Counted from the stretch's first letter, positions 47,290 through 58,300 are shown. The stretch is DNA of 64,000 nucleotides from an uncultured Desulfatibacillum sp. (GCA_964596545.1 CAZQUP010000005.1:12340-76339); one strand, 5' to 3'. Notes: a model not told the origin generated them from the sequence alone. Numbers and translations: made by a program.

Positions 47290-48684
47290 TCAGAAGCAGG
47301 TCCCGAACAACATGCCGCAGAAGGTGGAAAGAACGATGACCAGGCTGCAGTAGAGCACGGTTTTCTGGGTGCCGATGACACTGCGGATGACGAGCATGTT
47401 GGGCAGGCTGAGCGCCGGGCCGGCGAGCAGGAGGGCGAGCGCCGGACCCTTGCCCATACCGGCGGAGATCAAGCCCTGCAGGATCGGAACCTCGGTCAAC
47501 GTGGCGAAATACATGAAAGCCCCGACCACGGCGGCAAAGAGATTGGCCGCCAGCGAGTTGCCGCCGACCCAGCGCTTGACCCATTCCGAGGGGATGATGC
47601 CCTCCGTGCCGGGCTGCCCCAGAAGCAGACCGGCCACGAGCACCCCGCCGAGAAGAAGGGGGGTGATCTGCTTGGCAAAATCCCAGGAAGAGAGAAACCA
47701 GGACTCCGTCTCTCCGCGGGTCGAGGACAGAAGCCAGGCGAAGGCCAAAATCCCGGCGGAAAAGGCGGCGAGCGGCTGGCCGGGGAAGAAAAGCGCCAAG
47801 GCGATCACCACCGCAGCGCCGATGGCGACCTTGGCCGCTTTCACCCGGAACCAGGCCACGAGGATGCCGCCGAGCGCCGCCGAGGCGGTCCCCGCAAGCC
47901 ACCATTTCACGGAAAAAACCGCATTCCAGAGCCGGTCGGATGCATCCTCGGAGCGGCTCCAGGTGGCAAAGATCAGGATCATGACGAGCAGCGCGAATTG
48001 CAGCGCGTTCTGCCACAGGGGACGGGTTACGGGAGCCTCCGGCAGGTGAAGCGCGGCTTGGGCTTTCTGGACCTCCTCCTTGCGGTAGATCAGGTACATG
48101 ATGAAACCGATCACGATGCTGAAAAGGATCGCCCCCACGGCGCGGGCGATCCCGATCTTCAGGCCAAGGACACGCGCGGTCATGACGATGGCGAGCACAT
48201 TGATCGCCGGCCCCGAGTAAAGAAAGGCGATCGCCGGCCCCAAACCCGCCCCCCGTTTCCAGATGCCGGCGAAGAGGGGAAGCACGGTGCAGGAACATAC
48301 GGCAAGGATGCTTCCGGAAACGGAGGAGACCCCGTAGGCGAGCACCTTGGAGGCGCCGGCGCCGAGGTATTTCATGACCGCCGCCTGGGAGACGAAGGTG
48401 GCGATCGCCCCGGCGATGAAAAATGCGGGCACCAGGCAAAGCAGAACGTGCTCGCGGGCATACCACTTTGTCAGCGCAAGCGAGGAGATCACCGCCTCTT
48501 GCAGGCGCGCGCTCTCGACGGGAAGGAAATAGAATAGGAAAAAAGCCGCCACGATCGCCAGAAGCGGTTTGGCGATGTTGCGCCAATCGATCAGGCTCGG
48601 CTGATCGCCGTTCGCCTCGGTAACGGTGTCGATGCCGGTTTCTGCAGACTCTTCGGCGGCCGGATAGGCGGAGGTGGTTTTCAT
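47290..48684 (-). CDS. UPF0718/ArsP-like permease, second copy
   Basis: Polytopic. AVCSCTVLPLF vicinal-cysteine motif. ATG 48684 lies 7 nt after GAGGAAAT. Confidence 0.7.
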   Translation of the reverse strand: MKTTSAYPAAEESAETGIDTVTEANGDQPSLIDWRNIAKPLLAIVAAFFLFYFLPVESARLQEAVISSLALTKWYAREHVLLCLVPAFFIAGAIATFVSQAAVMKYLGAGASKVLAYGVSSVSGSILAVCSCTVLPLFAGIWKRGAGLGPAIAFLYSGPAINVLAIVMTARVLGLKIGIARAVGAILFSIVIGFIMYLIYRKEEVQKAQAALHLPEAPVTRPLWQNALQFALLVMILIFATWSRSEDASDRLWNAVFSVKWWLAGTASAALGGILVAWFRVKAAKVAIGAAVVIALALFFPGQPLAAFSAGILAFAWLLSSTRGETESWFLSSWDFAKQITPLLLGGVLVAGLLLGQPGTEGIIPSEWVKRWVGGNSLAANLFAAVVGAFMYFATLTEVPILQGLISAGMGKGPALALLLAGPALSLPNMLVIRSVIGTQKTVLYCSLVIVLSTFCGMLFGTCF

Positions 48685-48788
48685 CGGGGATTTCCTCTTC
48701 TTCATGCTTCATGCGGAGGGGCGAAAAAAAATCCCTCCCGACGTCCCGCTCCTCTCTTGAAGGCGGGTTGGGCTATCGTAGGTCTTGG

Positions 48789-49172
48789 TTATGAGAAAGG
48801 AACGGATTGCCTTCCGGTGATGAGCTCTCTGCGGACAAGACGCGCGCGGGATACTTCCTCCCGGATCGCCGGATCTTCCTCCAACCAGGTGGAAAGCTCG
48901 CGCAACAGCTTGGCGGCGAAGGGGTTGGCGGAATCGCGGGAAAGCTCGTAGTTCACCCACAGCCCATCTTTCGAAGACACCACAAAACCCAATTCTTCCA
49001 ATAACTTAAGGTGTTTTGATACGGTCGGCTGCGAAATATGCAACAACGCCGTCAACTCGCAAACACATAGGCTCCGGCGATGTTGCAAGTATTTAAGGAT
49101 GCGCACCCTGCTGGGATCGGCCAGCGCTTTCATCGTTCTTGTGAGCAAATTCAAAGACGAAACGATATTCAT
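48789..49172 (-). CDS. arsR: ArsR/SmtB family repressor with SLCVCEL site, second copy
   Basis: LADPSRVRILKYL..SLCVCEL...QPTVSKHLKLLEELGFV. An alternative start at 49133 is possible. Confidence 0.8.
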   Translation of the reverse strand: MNIVSSLNLLTRTMKALADPSRVRILKYLQHRRSLCVCELTALLHISQPTVSKHLKLLEELGFVVSSKDGLWVNYELSRDSANPFAAKLLRELSTWLEEDPAIREEVSRARLVRRELITGRQSVPFS

Positions 49173-49304
49173 GTTCGGCAATATAGTAAGGTCCCCGTTG
49201 CCTGTCAAGGATGCTTTCTTGACCGCAAACAAAGCGAATGATAAAAGGAGCACCCATAGTGAACAGAGACTCTAAATCCTAAAAGGCATTCATCGATTTA
49301 GTTC

Positions 49305-50279
49305 ATGTTTTCTTTTTCCCCGCAGCGTTCGGTCCTGGGATTTTTCCTCAAGGCAGGATTTGCCGCCGTTGCGCTCGCCGCGTTTCTTAGCCTTCCGCTT
49401 GCCTGCGGGCCGGATGGGGAACACCGAGCGGTGGACTTTACCTCTCGGCCGGTTTCCTTACCGGTCTCCGCCAAGAACATCCCGCAGGAGGGGCGGCTTC
49501 GGGTCGCGGTGGCGGCGATGATCTCCCCGAAGGAAACCCTGATTCACTATAGGGAACTTCTCGAGTACCTGGGGCGGGAATCCGGCCAGACGATCAGCCT
49601 CCTGCAGCGTCGCACCTACGGCGAGGTGAACGATCTGTTCCCCCGCGGCGAAGTCGATCTCGCCTTCCTCTGCTCCGGCCCCTACGCCGTCGCCCGCGGA
49701 CGGATCGGTTTTCTCGCCATCGCCGTGCCGGTGGTAAGAGGGGAGCCGTTTTATCGAGCCTATCTGATTGTCCCCCGCCAAAGCCCGGCGACCGGAATTG
49801 AGGACCTGCAAGGCAAAGTCTTCGCCTTCACCGATCCCGAATCGAACACCGGGCACCTGGTGCCACGGTACTGGCTTGCCGCACGGGGAGAGCGGCCGGA
49901 GACGTTTTTTCGAAAGACCATCTTCACTTACAGTCACGACAACTCCATTCTCTCCGTCGTCCGCGGTCTCGTCGACGGCGCCGCCGTGGACGGTCACCAG
50001 TGGGAGTTTTTCGCCCGCAACCGGCCCGAGCTCACTTCCCCAGGGCGTATTCTTTTGCGCTCCGAGCCCTTCGGCAGCCCGCCGATCGTCGTCTCGCCGG
50101 CGTTGTCCGTCGCCCTCCGGACGAGGCTGCGGGAGATCCTCCTCTCCATGCACACCGATCCCGAAGGCCAGCGCATCCTCCAGGCGCTGGGGATCGACCG
50201 TTTCGTGGCTCCGGAGGAGTCTTGGTACGAGCCGATCCGGCGCATGTACGCGGTGTTGAACCTCGGCGGAGGATCCTGA
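49305..50279 (+). CDS. PhnD-like periplasmic substrate-binding protein (lipoprotein-type signal)
   Basis: LACG lipobox-like signal. PhnD/SBP_bac_3-like motifs ([16 protein letters not shown]). Confidence 0.7.
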   Translation: MFSFSPQRSVLGFFLKAGFAAVALAAFLSLPLACGPDGEHRAVDFTSRPVSLPVSAKNIPQEGRLRVAVAAMISPKETLIHYRELLEYLGRESGQTISLLQRRTYGEVNDLFPRGEVDLAFLCSGPYAVARGRIGFLAIAVPVVRGEPFYRAYLIVPRQSPATGIEDLQGKVFAFTDPESNTGHLVPRYWLAARGERPETFFRKTIFTYSHDNSILSVVRGLVDGAAVDGHQWEFFARNRPELTSPGRILLRSEPFGSPPIVVSPALSVALRTRLREILLSMHTDPEGQRILQALGIDRFVAPEESWYEPIRRMYAVLNLGGGS

Positions 50280-50283
50280 CCCG

Positions 50284-52507
50284 ATGCGGCCTCTACCTCT
50301 CAAGACTACGCTCTGGGTGGCAACCGCCCTTCTCGTGCTGGTCTCCGGGGGGCTTATCTCGCTTCTCGCCGCACAACGCTACAGCCAAAGCCTGATGGAG
50401 GCGGCGACGGCCCAAGCGGAACAGGCCGCGCACAAGCTCTCCCTCGACGCCGCGGAACGGATCCTGATCCACGATCTCGTCGGCCTGCAGCGCCTGCTCG
50501 AGGACCAGATCGCCAGTCATCCCTCCGTTTCCTACATTTTCATCTTTCATGAGGGCGAGATCATCAGCCACACCTTTGCCGACGGGGTGCCCGCCGAGCT
50601 GATCGCGGCCAATGAAGCCGCCTCCTCCGAAGGCGCCAACCTGGTCCGTATCGCTTCCGAGCGCGGGGAGCGTTTTCTCGACGTCGCTTGGCCGATCTTC
50701 AGCGGCCGCGCGGGGACCCTGCGTATGGGGTTCTCCGAAGAGCCTCTGCGCCAAAAGGTGGCCGCCCTGAGGATGGAAATTTTCCTGATCACGGCGTTCA
50801 TCCTGGCTGGGGCCCTGGGCGCCGCCCAGCTGTTCGTCTATCGCCTGACCCGGCCTCTGCGGCGGCTTGCCGCCAGCGTGAGCCGGGCCATCGAGGACTC
50901 AGGCGCCGCCTCCGCCGCGGCGCGCCCACAGGAAGAGGTTTCCCGGCTGGAGGCCGCCTTCAGTGATCTGCTCCTGCGTCTCAAGGAGCATGCACAAAAG
51001 CTGGAGTCCTCCAACCGCGAGCTCGCCGAGCGACACCACCAACTGGATCGCGCTCATCGCCGGCTCGAGCTCGCGCTCTCCATCTCGCAAGAGCTCTCCT
51101 CGCGCGTGGAACTTTTCGAGGTCTGCCGGCATGTCCTCCGGGCCCTCAAGGAGGTCTCGATCTGCCCTCAGATCTCCCTTGCGCTCGTGGAGCCGGAAAC
51201 GGCGGAGGTCTTCCTGGTCACGAACACCGAAATCACGCGGCTCGAAGAAGAGGCCGCGGGCCCGATCCGTGCCGCCGTCCGTGAGGGCCGCGGCGTGCGC
51301 CACCTCGAGCAGGAGAAGATCGCGATCGGAAGGCTGCCTGCCGGCTGGGGGATGACCAAGCGACTGGCCCTGCTTCCCTTTCACCATCGCGAAGAGCCCC
51401 TGGGAGCGATGGCCGTTGGCTGCCCTGCCGATTGCTCCTGCGTCACCCGCGAGCTCGAACTGGTCGAGCTCATCCTGAACCAGGCCGCCGGTTCACTGCG
51501 TCGCGCCCTGGGCCACGAGCGGGCCTCACGCAACTTGCGGGCCCGCATCGAACCTTCCTCGGGTTTTTGCGGATTGATCGGCAATGATCCCCAAATGCTG
51601 TTGATCTACCGGCTGATTGAGGATGTGGCTCCGACGGATGCAACGATTCTGATCCAGGGGGAGAGCGGAACGGGAAAGGAACTCGTCGCGCGTGCGATCC
51701 ACGAGTCCAGCCTGCGCCGGGATAAGCCCTTTGTCGTCATCAACTGCTCGGCCTACCCGAGCACCCTGCTCGAAAGTGAACTCTTCGGTCACGAAAAAGG
51801 GGCTTTCACCGGAGCCACACGCCGCCGGACGGGGCTTCGAGCAGGCCCACGGCGGAACGGTCTTTCTCGACGAAATCGGTGAAATCCCGGCCTCGGCCCA
51901 GATCAAGCTGCTTCGCGTCCTGCAGAGCCAGAAGTTCGAACGCCTGGGCGGAGAGGAGACGCTCTCCGTGGATGTGCGCATCCTCGCCGCAACCAACCGC
52001 AACCTCGTGGAGGAGGTAAAAGCGGGTCGTTTTCGGGAAGACCTCTTCTACCGACTGAACGTGATCCCGATCCAGCTGCCGCCGCTGCGCGAACGAAGAA
52101 ACGACATCCCGCTGCTCGCCCTGCATTTTCTGCAACGCTTCGCCGGACGGCAACATAAGGAGATTTCCGGGTTTTCCCGGGAAGCGATGCGTCTGCTCCT
52201 CCACTACCGCTGGGTCGGCAACGTACGCGAGGTGGAAAACACGATCGAGCACGCCGCCGTGCTCGCCAAGGGCCGGCGAGTGGAGGTGACCGACCTTCCG
52301 CCTTCGCTCCTCACGGATCCCAAAAAGTCGACCGCCGATCCGGCCACCGGGAAAACGATCATGGGCAATGAAGCCCGCCTCCTGCGGGAGGTCCTTCAAG
52401 AATGCAATTGGAACAAGACCGAAGCGGCCCAGCGGCTGGGAATCAGCCGCAGCACGCTCTACGAGAAGATAAAAAGATACGGCATCCTTCCCCACACCCT
52501 GCACTGA
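50284..52507 (+). pseudogene. Membrane-anchored GAF-type sigma-54 activator, frameshifted in the AAA+ domain near 51831-51835
   Basis: Frame 1 carries TM[44 protein letters not shown] and then runs into nonsense with a stop at 51882. Frame 2 resumes exactly with [15 protein letters not shown] and continues to the Fis HTH. Confidence 0.75.
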
Positions 52508-52627
52508 TCGGCCACCTGACCATTCACGATGCAGGTTGACGACAAGCGTTTCCCGCCCGGAACCATCCGGTTTCGAGACATCTAAAAAAATATTGAAATC
52601 CGAACCATTAACTACCATTTGCTCCTC

Positions 52628-52650
52628 AGGTGTCCGGGAATCGTACACCT
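52628..52650. promoter_or_regulatory. Candidate enhancer dyad upstream of the molybdoenzyme operon
   Basis: AGGTGT-N11-ACACCT perfect arms, about 148 nt upstream of the sigma-54 promoter. TGTCCGGG is repeated at 52631 and 52684. Confidence 0.4.
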
Positions 52651-52785
52651 GACCGAAGAAAAGCGACGCTCCTGATTCTTGTCTGTCCGGGCTAATCAAA
52701 AAAGCCCCAGAAAATAATTTAGCCAATCGAAATCAATTGGTTGTCCTTATACAGGCCCCCTGCCTACGGTGCCCTTGCCACCATT

Positions 52786-52800
52786 TGGCACCGCTCTTGC
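52786..52800 (+). promoter_or_regulatory. Sigma-54 promoter upstream of the receiver-like gene and the TtrBCA-like operon
   Basis: TGGCAC-cgctc-TTGC with canonical spacing, about 42 nt before ATG 52841. Confidence 0.75.
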
Positions 52801-52840
52801 GGAAACAGCTCTGGATTGATCCCCCTAAAGGCTTTCCGCG

Positions 52841-53245
52841 GTGATGCTGGACAACGTCATTTTTATGATCAACGACAGCCACGAAGAACGCTCCCTGATC
52901 GCGGCGATCTTCGATGAGATGAACATCCGGCTGCGCCCTGCGGATTCGGTAGCCGCTCTCGCCGCAGCGGCCCGGGAAGAAATGCCCACCGCCCTGATCG
53001 TGGACATCGACGAGCTCTCCATGACCAATCGGGTGATCCGCGAAATCGCCACCGGTTTTCCCCGCCTACCGGTCTTGGGCATCTCCTCGCAGCGGTTCCA
53101 CCCGGATCTCGCCGAATCGATCCGCGATTGCATCTATGCCTGTCTCCACCGGCCGCTGGACCCGGATGAACTGCGCTATTGGCTTAAAAGCATCCTCAAG
53201 GACGGACCTCCCCCGGAGGACGCCCCCCCCCTGACGGCGGCTTGA
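52841..53245 (+). CDS. Stand-alone receiver-like domain protein (atypical)
   Basis: CheY-like fold with ALIVDIDEL Asp. The conserved KP Lys position reads RP. First gene after a sigma-54 promoter. Confidence 0.5.
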   Translation: MMLDNVIFMINDSHEERSLIAAIFDEMNIRLRPADSVAALAAAAREEMPTALIVDIDELSMTNRVIREIATGFPRLPVLGISSQRFHPDLAESIRDCIYACLHRPLDPDELRYWLKSILKDGPPPEDAPPLTAA

Positions 53246-53320
53246 AGCAACGGGCGCGGGGAAGCGAAGAATCCTGCGCGCCGAAAAATAACGGAGGATC
53301 TCCCGCAACGAGGAGGGAAC

Positions 53321-54073
53321 ATGAGCAGATTTCTGGCAGTGGAAGACCAGCTCGTTCGCATGCAGCGCGATCTGAAACGCGCGCTCGCCGCGGATCCCAA
53401 ATCCGTGCGCTGGGGGATGGTGATCGATCTGGCTAAGTGCATCGGTTGTCATGCCTGCACGGTCGCCTGCGTGGCCGAAAACAAGCTGCCCCCCGGCGTC
53501 GTCTACCGACCGGTGCTCGAGGAGGAGGCGGGCACTTACCCCGCGGTGCGCCGGCGCTTTGTCCCCCGTCCGTGCTTGCAATGTCAGAACCCGCCCTGCA
53601 CCAAGGTCTGCCCCGTCACGGCAACATACAAAAACGAAGCCGGCGTCGTGGTCGTCAATTACAACCGCTGCATCGGCTGCCGCTACTGCCTCGTCGCCTG
53701 CCCCTACAGCGCCCGCACCTCCGATTTCGGCGACTGGTATACCCGCGAAACCCCCGAGGGGCAGGGCATACTGCAGGGAAGGTACACGGCGGCCGCGGGC
53801 TACGAGACGGAGGCGGCCGCGGAATACGGTAAAAAATGGCCGCCGCGGGGCAAGGGCTCCCCCATCGGCAACGCCCGCAAATGCCATTTTTGCCTGCATC
53901 GTGTAGCCGTCGGCATGCTGCCCGCCTGCGTGACCACCTGCATCGGGCGGGCGACCATCTTCGGCAACCGCAACGACCCCGAAAGCCTCGTCTTTGAGCA
54001 GATCGGCTCGGCCCGCGCCTTCCAGCTCAAGGCCGAACTGGGAACCCAGCCCGCGGTGTACTATCTCGCATAA
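53321..54073 (+). CDS. 4Fe-4S ferredoxin-type subunit of a Psr/Ttr/Nrf-type molybdoenzyme (TtrB/PsrB-like)
   Basis: Four Cys clusters ([27 protein letters not shown]). Confidence 0.85.
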   Translation: MSRFLAVEDQLVRMQRDLKRALAADPKSVRWGMVIDLAKCIGCHACTVACVAENKLPPGVVYRPVLEEEAGTYPAVRRRFVPRPCLQCQNPPCTKVCPVTATYKNEAGVVVVNYNRCIGCRYCLVACPYSARTSDFGDWYTRETPEGQGILQGRYTAAAGYETEAAAEYGKKWPPRGKGSPIGNARKCHFCLHRVAVGMLPACVTTCIGRATIFGNRNDPESLVFEQIGSARAFQLKAELGTQPAVYYLA

Positions 54074-54087
54074 GGGAAGGAGGAGGC

Positions 54088-55338
54088 ATGCATTATCGAT
54101 TTTTTCCCCTGCTGAGCATCGTTGCCGTCGCCGGCCTGGCGGTCGGCAGCTACGGGATGGTCGACCGGCTATGGAACGGCCTCAACCCCGTGGCCTTCGG
54201 AAGCTACGTGCCGTGGGGCCTGTGGGTGGCCTTCTACCTCTTCTTCCTCGGCCTCTCCGCCGGCGCCTTTCTGGTGACGATCCTGACCTATTTGCTCGAA
54301 ATCAAGCCGTTTGAAGGAATCGGCCCGCTCTCGGCTTTCATGGTGCTGGTCTGCCTTTTCTGCGAAATGCTCTTCATCCTGCTCGACCTCGGCACCATGC
54401 ACCGCGCCTTCTACCAATTCTTTCTCACGCCGAGCTTCAGCTCGCTGCTGACGTGGATGTTCGTCCTCTTCAACCTGATGGGGTTGATCTACACCCTGAA
54501 GACCTACTTTCTCGTACGCGGCGACATCATCCGCAAAGCGCAAGGCACGAAGGGCCCGCTGGGGGCGCTCTATCGGCTGCTTTCGTTCGGTCGCAGGGAG
54601 TACGATGCCGCAATGCATGCCGCGGATGACCGAAGGGTGCATCGGCTCGCCTGGATCAGCCTGCCGGTGGGAATGCTCTTTTACGCCACCAACGGCGCCT
54701 TCTTTGCCATCCTGATCAACCGCCCGATCTGGAACAGCGCCCTCACGCCGCTTCTCTTCGTCGTCGCCGCGCTGCTGAGCGGCGGCGCTTTGGTCGCCTT
54801 TCTCACCTACATGTACATCGACAACGCCGCCGGGCTGCGTGACACGCTGATGCGCTACCTCGGCCGCTCGATCCTCTTTCTGCTCTGCCTGTTTCTCGTG
54901 CTCGAGGCGATGCAGTTCTTCGTCGGCTATCAGACCGGACGCACCGACATCGTCACCAGCCTGAACCACATCACCCTGGGCCGGGGCTGGTGGATCTTCT
55001 GGGTCGTGCATCTCGGCCTGGGAAGCCTGATCCCGCTCGTGCTGCTCGTCTTCGGGGGGGGAAACCCGCGCTCGACCGCCTGGGCCTGCTTTCTCATTTT
55101 CGCCACTTTCATCGCCGTGCGCTACAACTTCGTCATCCCGGATCTCGCCGTCTACAAGCTGGAGGGGCTGGAGTACGTCTTCCGCCACCCCCGGCTGTCG
55201 ACCGAGTACGTGCCCAACCTGAACGAGTGGCTTGTCAGCCTGTGGATCATCTCCGCCGGGCTCCTCGCCTTCTTGCTGGGGACCCGCTATTTGCCGATCG
55301 TCCATCCACACCCGAGAGGAGTCGACCATGCCGCGTAA
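54088..55338 (+). CDS. NrfD/PsrC/TtrC-family integral membrane quinol-interacting subunit
   Basis: About 10 TM helices. GSYVPWGLWVAFYLFFLGLSAG opening typical of the NrfD family. Confidence 0.85.
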   Translation: MHYRFFPLLSIVAVAGLAVGSYGMVDRLWNGLNPVAFGSYVPWGLWVAFYLFFLGLSAGAFLVTILTYLLEIKPFEGIGPLSAFMVLVCLFCEMLFILLDLGTMHRAFYQFFLTPSFSSLLTWMFVLFNLMGLIYTLKTYFLVRGDIIRKAQGTKGPLGALYRLLSFGRREYDAAMHAADDRRVHRLAWISLPVGMLFYATNGAFFAILINRPIWNSALTPLLFVVAALLSGGALVAFLTYMYIDNAAGLRDTLMRYLGRSILFLLCLFLVLEAMQFFVGYQTGRTDIVTSLNHITLGRGWWIFWVVHLGLGSLIPLVLLVFGGGNPRSTAWACFLIFATFIAVRYNFVIPDLAVYKLEGLEYVFRHPRLSTEYVPNLNEWLVSLWIISAGLLAFLLGTRYLPIVHPHPRGVDHAA

Positions 55339-58300
55339 AGTCCAATCCCCCGTGAACCCGGATCTGGAAAAGGCTGCGGGTTTGAACCGCCGGGATTTCT
55401 TGAAGACGAGCGCCCTGCTCGGTGGGACCATGCTGCTCGCCGGCTCCACGCCACCTGCCTGGTCCCGGGGGGACGCCGCCGCCGAAGCCTCCGGCGCCTA
55501 TGTCCACCATCGGCCCGAAAACCAGATTCTCTCCGCCTGCCAGCAGTGCAACACCAACTGCGGGATGAAGGTCAAGCTGGTGGACGGCAAGGTGGCGAAG
55601 ATCGACGGCAACCCCTACAACCCTTGGTGCATGACGCCCCAGATCGCCGAAGAGACGCCCCTCGCCCAGGCGGCGACCATCGAGGGCTCGCTCTGCCCCA
55701 AGGGGCAGGCCGGCATCCAGACGCTCTATGACCCCTACCGCATCGTCCAAGTGCTCAAGCGCGCCGGAAAACGGGGGGAAAACAAATGGAAAACGATCCC
55801 CTTCGACCAGGCCGTGCAGGAAATCGTCAACGGCGGCGATCTCTTCGGCGAAGGTCCGGTGGAGGGGCTCAAGGACATCGTCGTGCTGCGCGATCCCAAG
55901 ATCGCCAAAGCCCTGGCCGATGACGCCGCCTTGGTCGCGGCGAAGAAGATGTCCATCGAGGAGTTCAAGGAGAAGCACGCCGAGAATCTTCACGTGCTGA
56001 TCGACCCCAACCACCCGGATCTGGGACCGAAAAACAACCAGTTCTGCCTGAATTGGGGTCGTCTGAAAAACGGCCGGGCCGATCTTCTCCGGGATTTCTT
56101 CGCCCGCTCCTGCGGCTCGGTCAATTACCACGGGCACACGACGGTCTGTCAGGGATCGCTCTACTTCGCCGGCAAGGCGATGAGCGACCAGTTCGTCGAA
56201 GGAAAATTCACCGGCGGAAGCAAATTCTACTGGCAGGCGGACACGGGGAACGCCGAGTTCTGCATCTTCGTCGGCGCCAATCCCTTCGAGGCGAACTACG
56301 GGCCGCCGCTTCGCGCCCAGAAGGTCACCGAAGGCACCGTCGACGGCCGCATGAAAATCGCGGTCATCGATCCGCGCTGTTCGAAAACCGCCGCCCGGGC
56401 CTGGAAATGGCTGCCGGTCGAACCGGTGAACGGAGTCCCGGCGATCGCCATGGCCATGATCCGCTGGATCATCGAGAACCGGCGCTTCGACGCCGCTTAT
56501 CTCGCCAACGCGAACAAGGCGGCGGCCCGGGCCGACGGCGAGCCGACCTGGTCGCAGGCCGCCTGGCTGGTGAAAATCGGAGATGACGGCAAACCCGGAA
56601 AATTCCTACGGGCCTCCGATCTCGGGCGCTCGACCGAGAAACGCACCCGCAAAGACGGATCCACCTGGGAATTCGATGCCTTTCTCGTCAAGTCCGGCGA
56701 CGAGATGATCGCTTTCGACCCCAACGACGAGAAACACGCCGTCGAGGGCGAGCTTCTCGTGGACACGGAGGCAAACGGCATCCGGGCGAAAAGCGTGCTG
56801 CAGATCATTTTCGAGGCGGCGCAAGCCAAAAGCTTCGAGGCCTGGTGTGAAACGGCCGGGGTGCGCGCAGTTGACGTCATCGACATCGTCAAGGAATTCG
56901 TCAGCCACGGCAAGAAGGCCGTGGCCGACCTGCACCGCGGCGTCTCCCAGCACACGAGCGGCTTTTACAACGTCGCCGCCTGGTATACGGTCAACGCCTT
57001 GATCGGCAACACGGGCTGGCAGGGCGGGCTGTGCAAGGCCACGACCTGGAATCACGTCGGCAACCGCCCGGGCAAACCTTTCGATACGACCAAGCGCTTC
57101 GCCGGCAACATCCGCGCCTGGGGCGTGAACATCATCCGCCACAGCGCGGTCTACGACAAGAGCACCCTCTTTCAAGGGTTTCCGGCCAAGCGGCCCTGGT
57201 ATCCCTTCTCTTCCGACATCTACCAGGAGGTCATCCCCAGCATCGGCGATCAGTATCCTTATCCGATCAAGGCTCTTTTGCTCTACATGGGCTCGCCGGT
57301 CTACGCCCTCCCCGCGGGACACACGCTGATCGAAATCTTAAAAGATACCCGAAAACTCCCCCTATTCATCGCCTCCGATATCGTGATCGGCGAAACCACG
57401 ATGTACGCCGACTATATTTTCCCGGACACGACCTACCTCGAGCGTTGGGAATTCCCCGGGGCCCACCCCTCGGTCGCTCCCAAGGTCTTTCCCATTCGGC
57501 AGCCGGCCGTAGCGCCACTCGTCGAAACCGTGAAGGTTTTCGGCGAAGAGATGCCGATGAATCTGGAGGCGCTGATTCTGGCCCTGGCGGAGAAGCTGAA
57601 ACTCCCGGGCTACGGCGAAAACGCCTTGGGGGCGGGGCTGCACCTCAAGCGGGAGGAGGATCTCTACCTGCGCATGGTCGCCAACGTGGCCTGGGGCGAC
57701 AAGGAGGACGGCTCGGAGCGCGTGCCGGCGGCGGACGCCGAGGAGATGCGCATCTTCCTGGAAGCCCGTCGCCACCTGCCGCAGACCGTCTTCGACCCCG
57801 AACGCTGGAAAAAGGTGGTGGGCGAAGATCTCTGGCCCCATGTCGTCTGGGTCCTCAACCGCGGCGGCCGGTTCCAGAGCTACGTCAAGGCTTACAAAGA
57901 CGGGCGCCTCGTGAACGCCTACGACAAGATGATCGGGCTCTACTTCGAAAACCTCGCCACGACGAAGCACGCCATGACCGGAAAGCCCTATCATCCCTAT
58001 CCGGACTTCGTCCCCGGGCCTTCGGACTGCACGGGAAACCTCCTCCGCGACCGCGAGGCGGGATACGACATGACCCTCATCACTTACAAATACATCACCC
58101 AGACCAAAACCCGCACCGTGGGGAACTACTGGCTGAACGCGGTCTATCCCGAAAACTACGTCGAGATCTCGGCGGCCGACGCCCGCCGCCTGAGTCTCAA
58201 GTACGGCGACCGGGTGCGGATCGTCTCCGCCACCAATGAAGACGGCGTCTGGGATCTCGGAAACGGCACCCGTCTTCCCATCGCCGGCAAAGTCAAGGTC

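Noticed and set aside
51692-52507. The track ORF 51692-52507 as an independent 271-aa gene.
   Set aside because: Its first meaningful residues continue the AAA+ domain of the ORF at 50284-51882 exactly at the point where that frame degenerates. It is the 3' part of one frameshifted gene, not a separate CDS.
53246-53320. The GGCGCG ... CGCGCC stem between the receiver-like gene and the ferredoxin subunit gene as an attenuator or terminator.
   Set aside because: The loop is about 19 nt and the stem is followed by GAAAAA rather than a U-tract. It is more likely an incidental GC-rich pairing.
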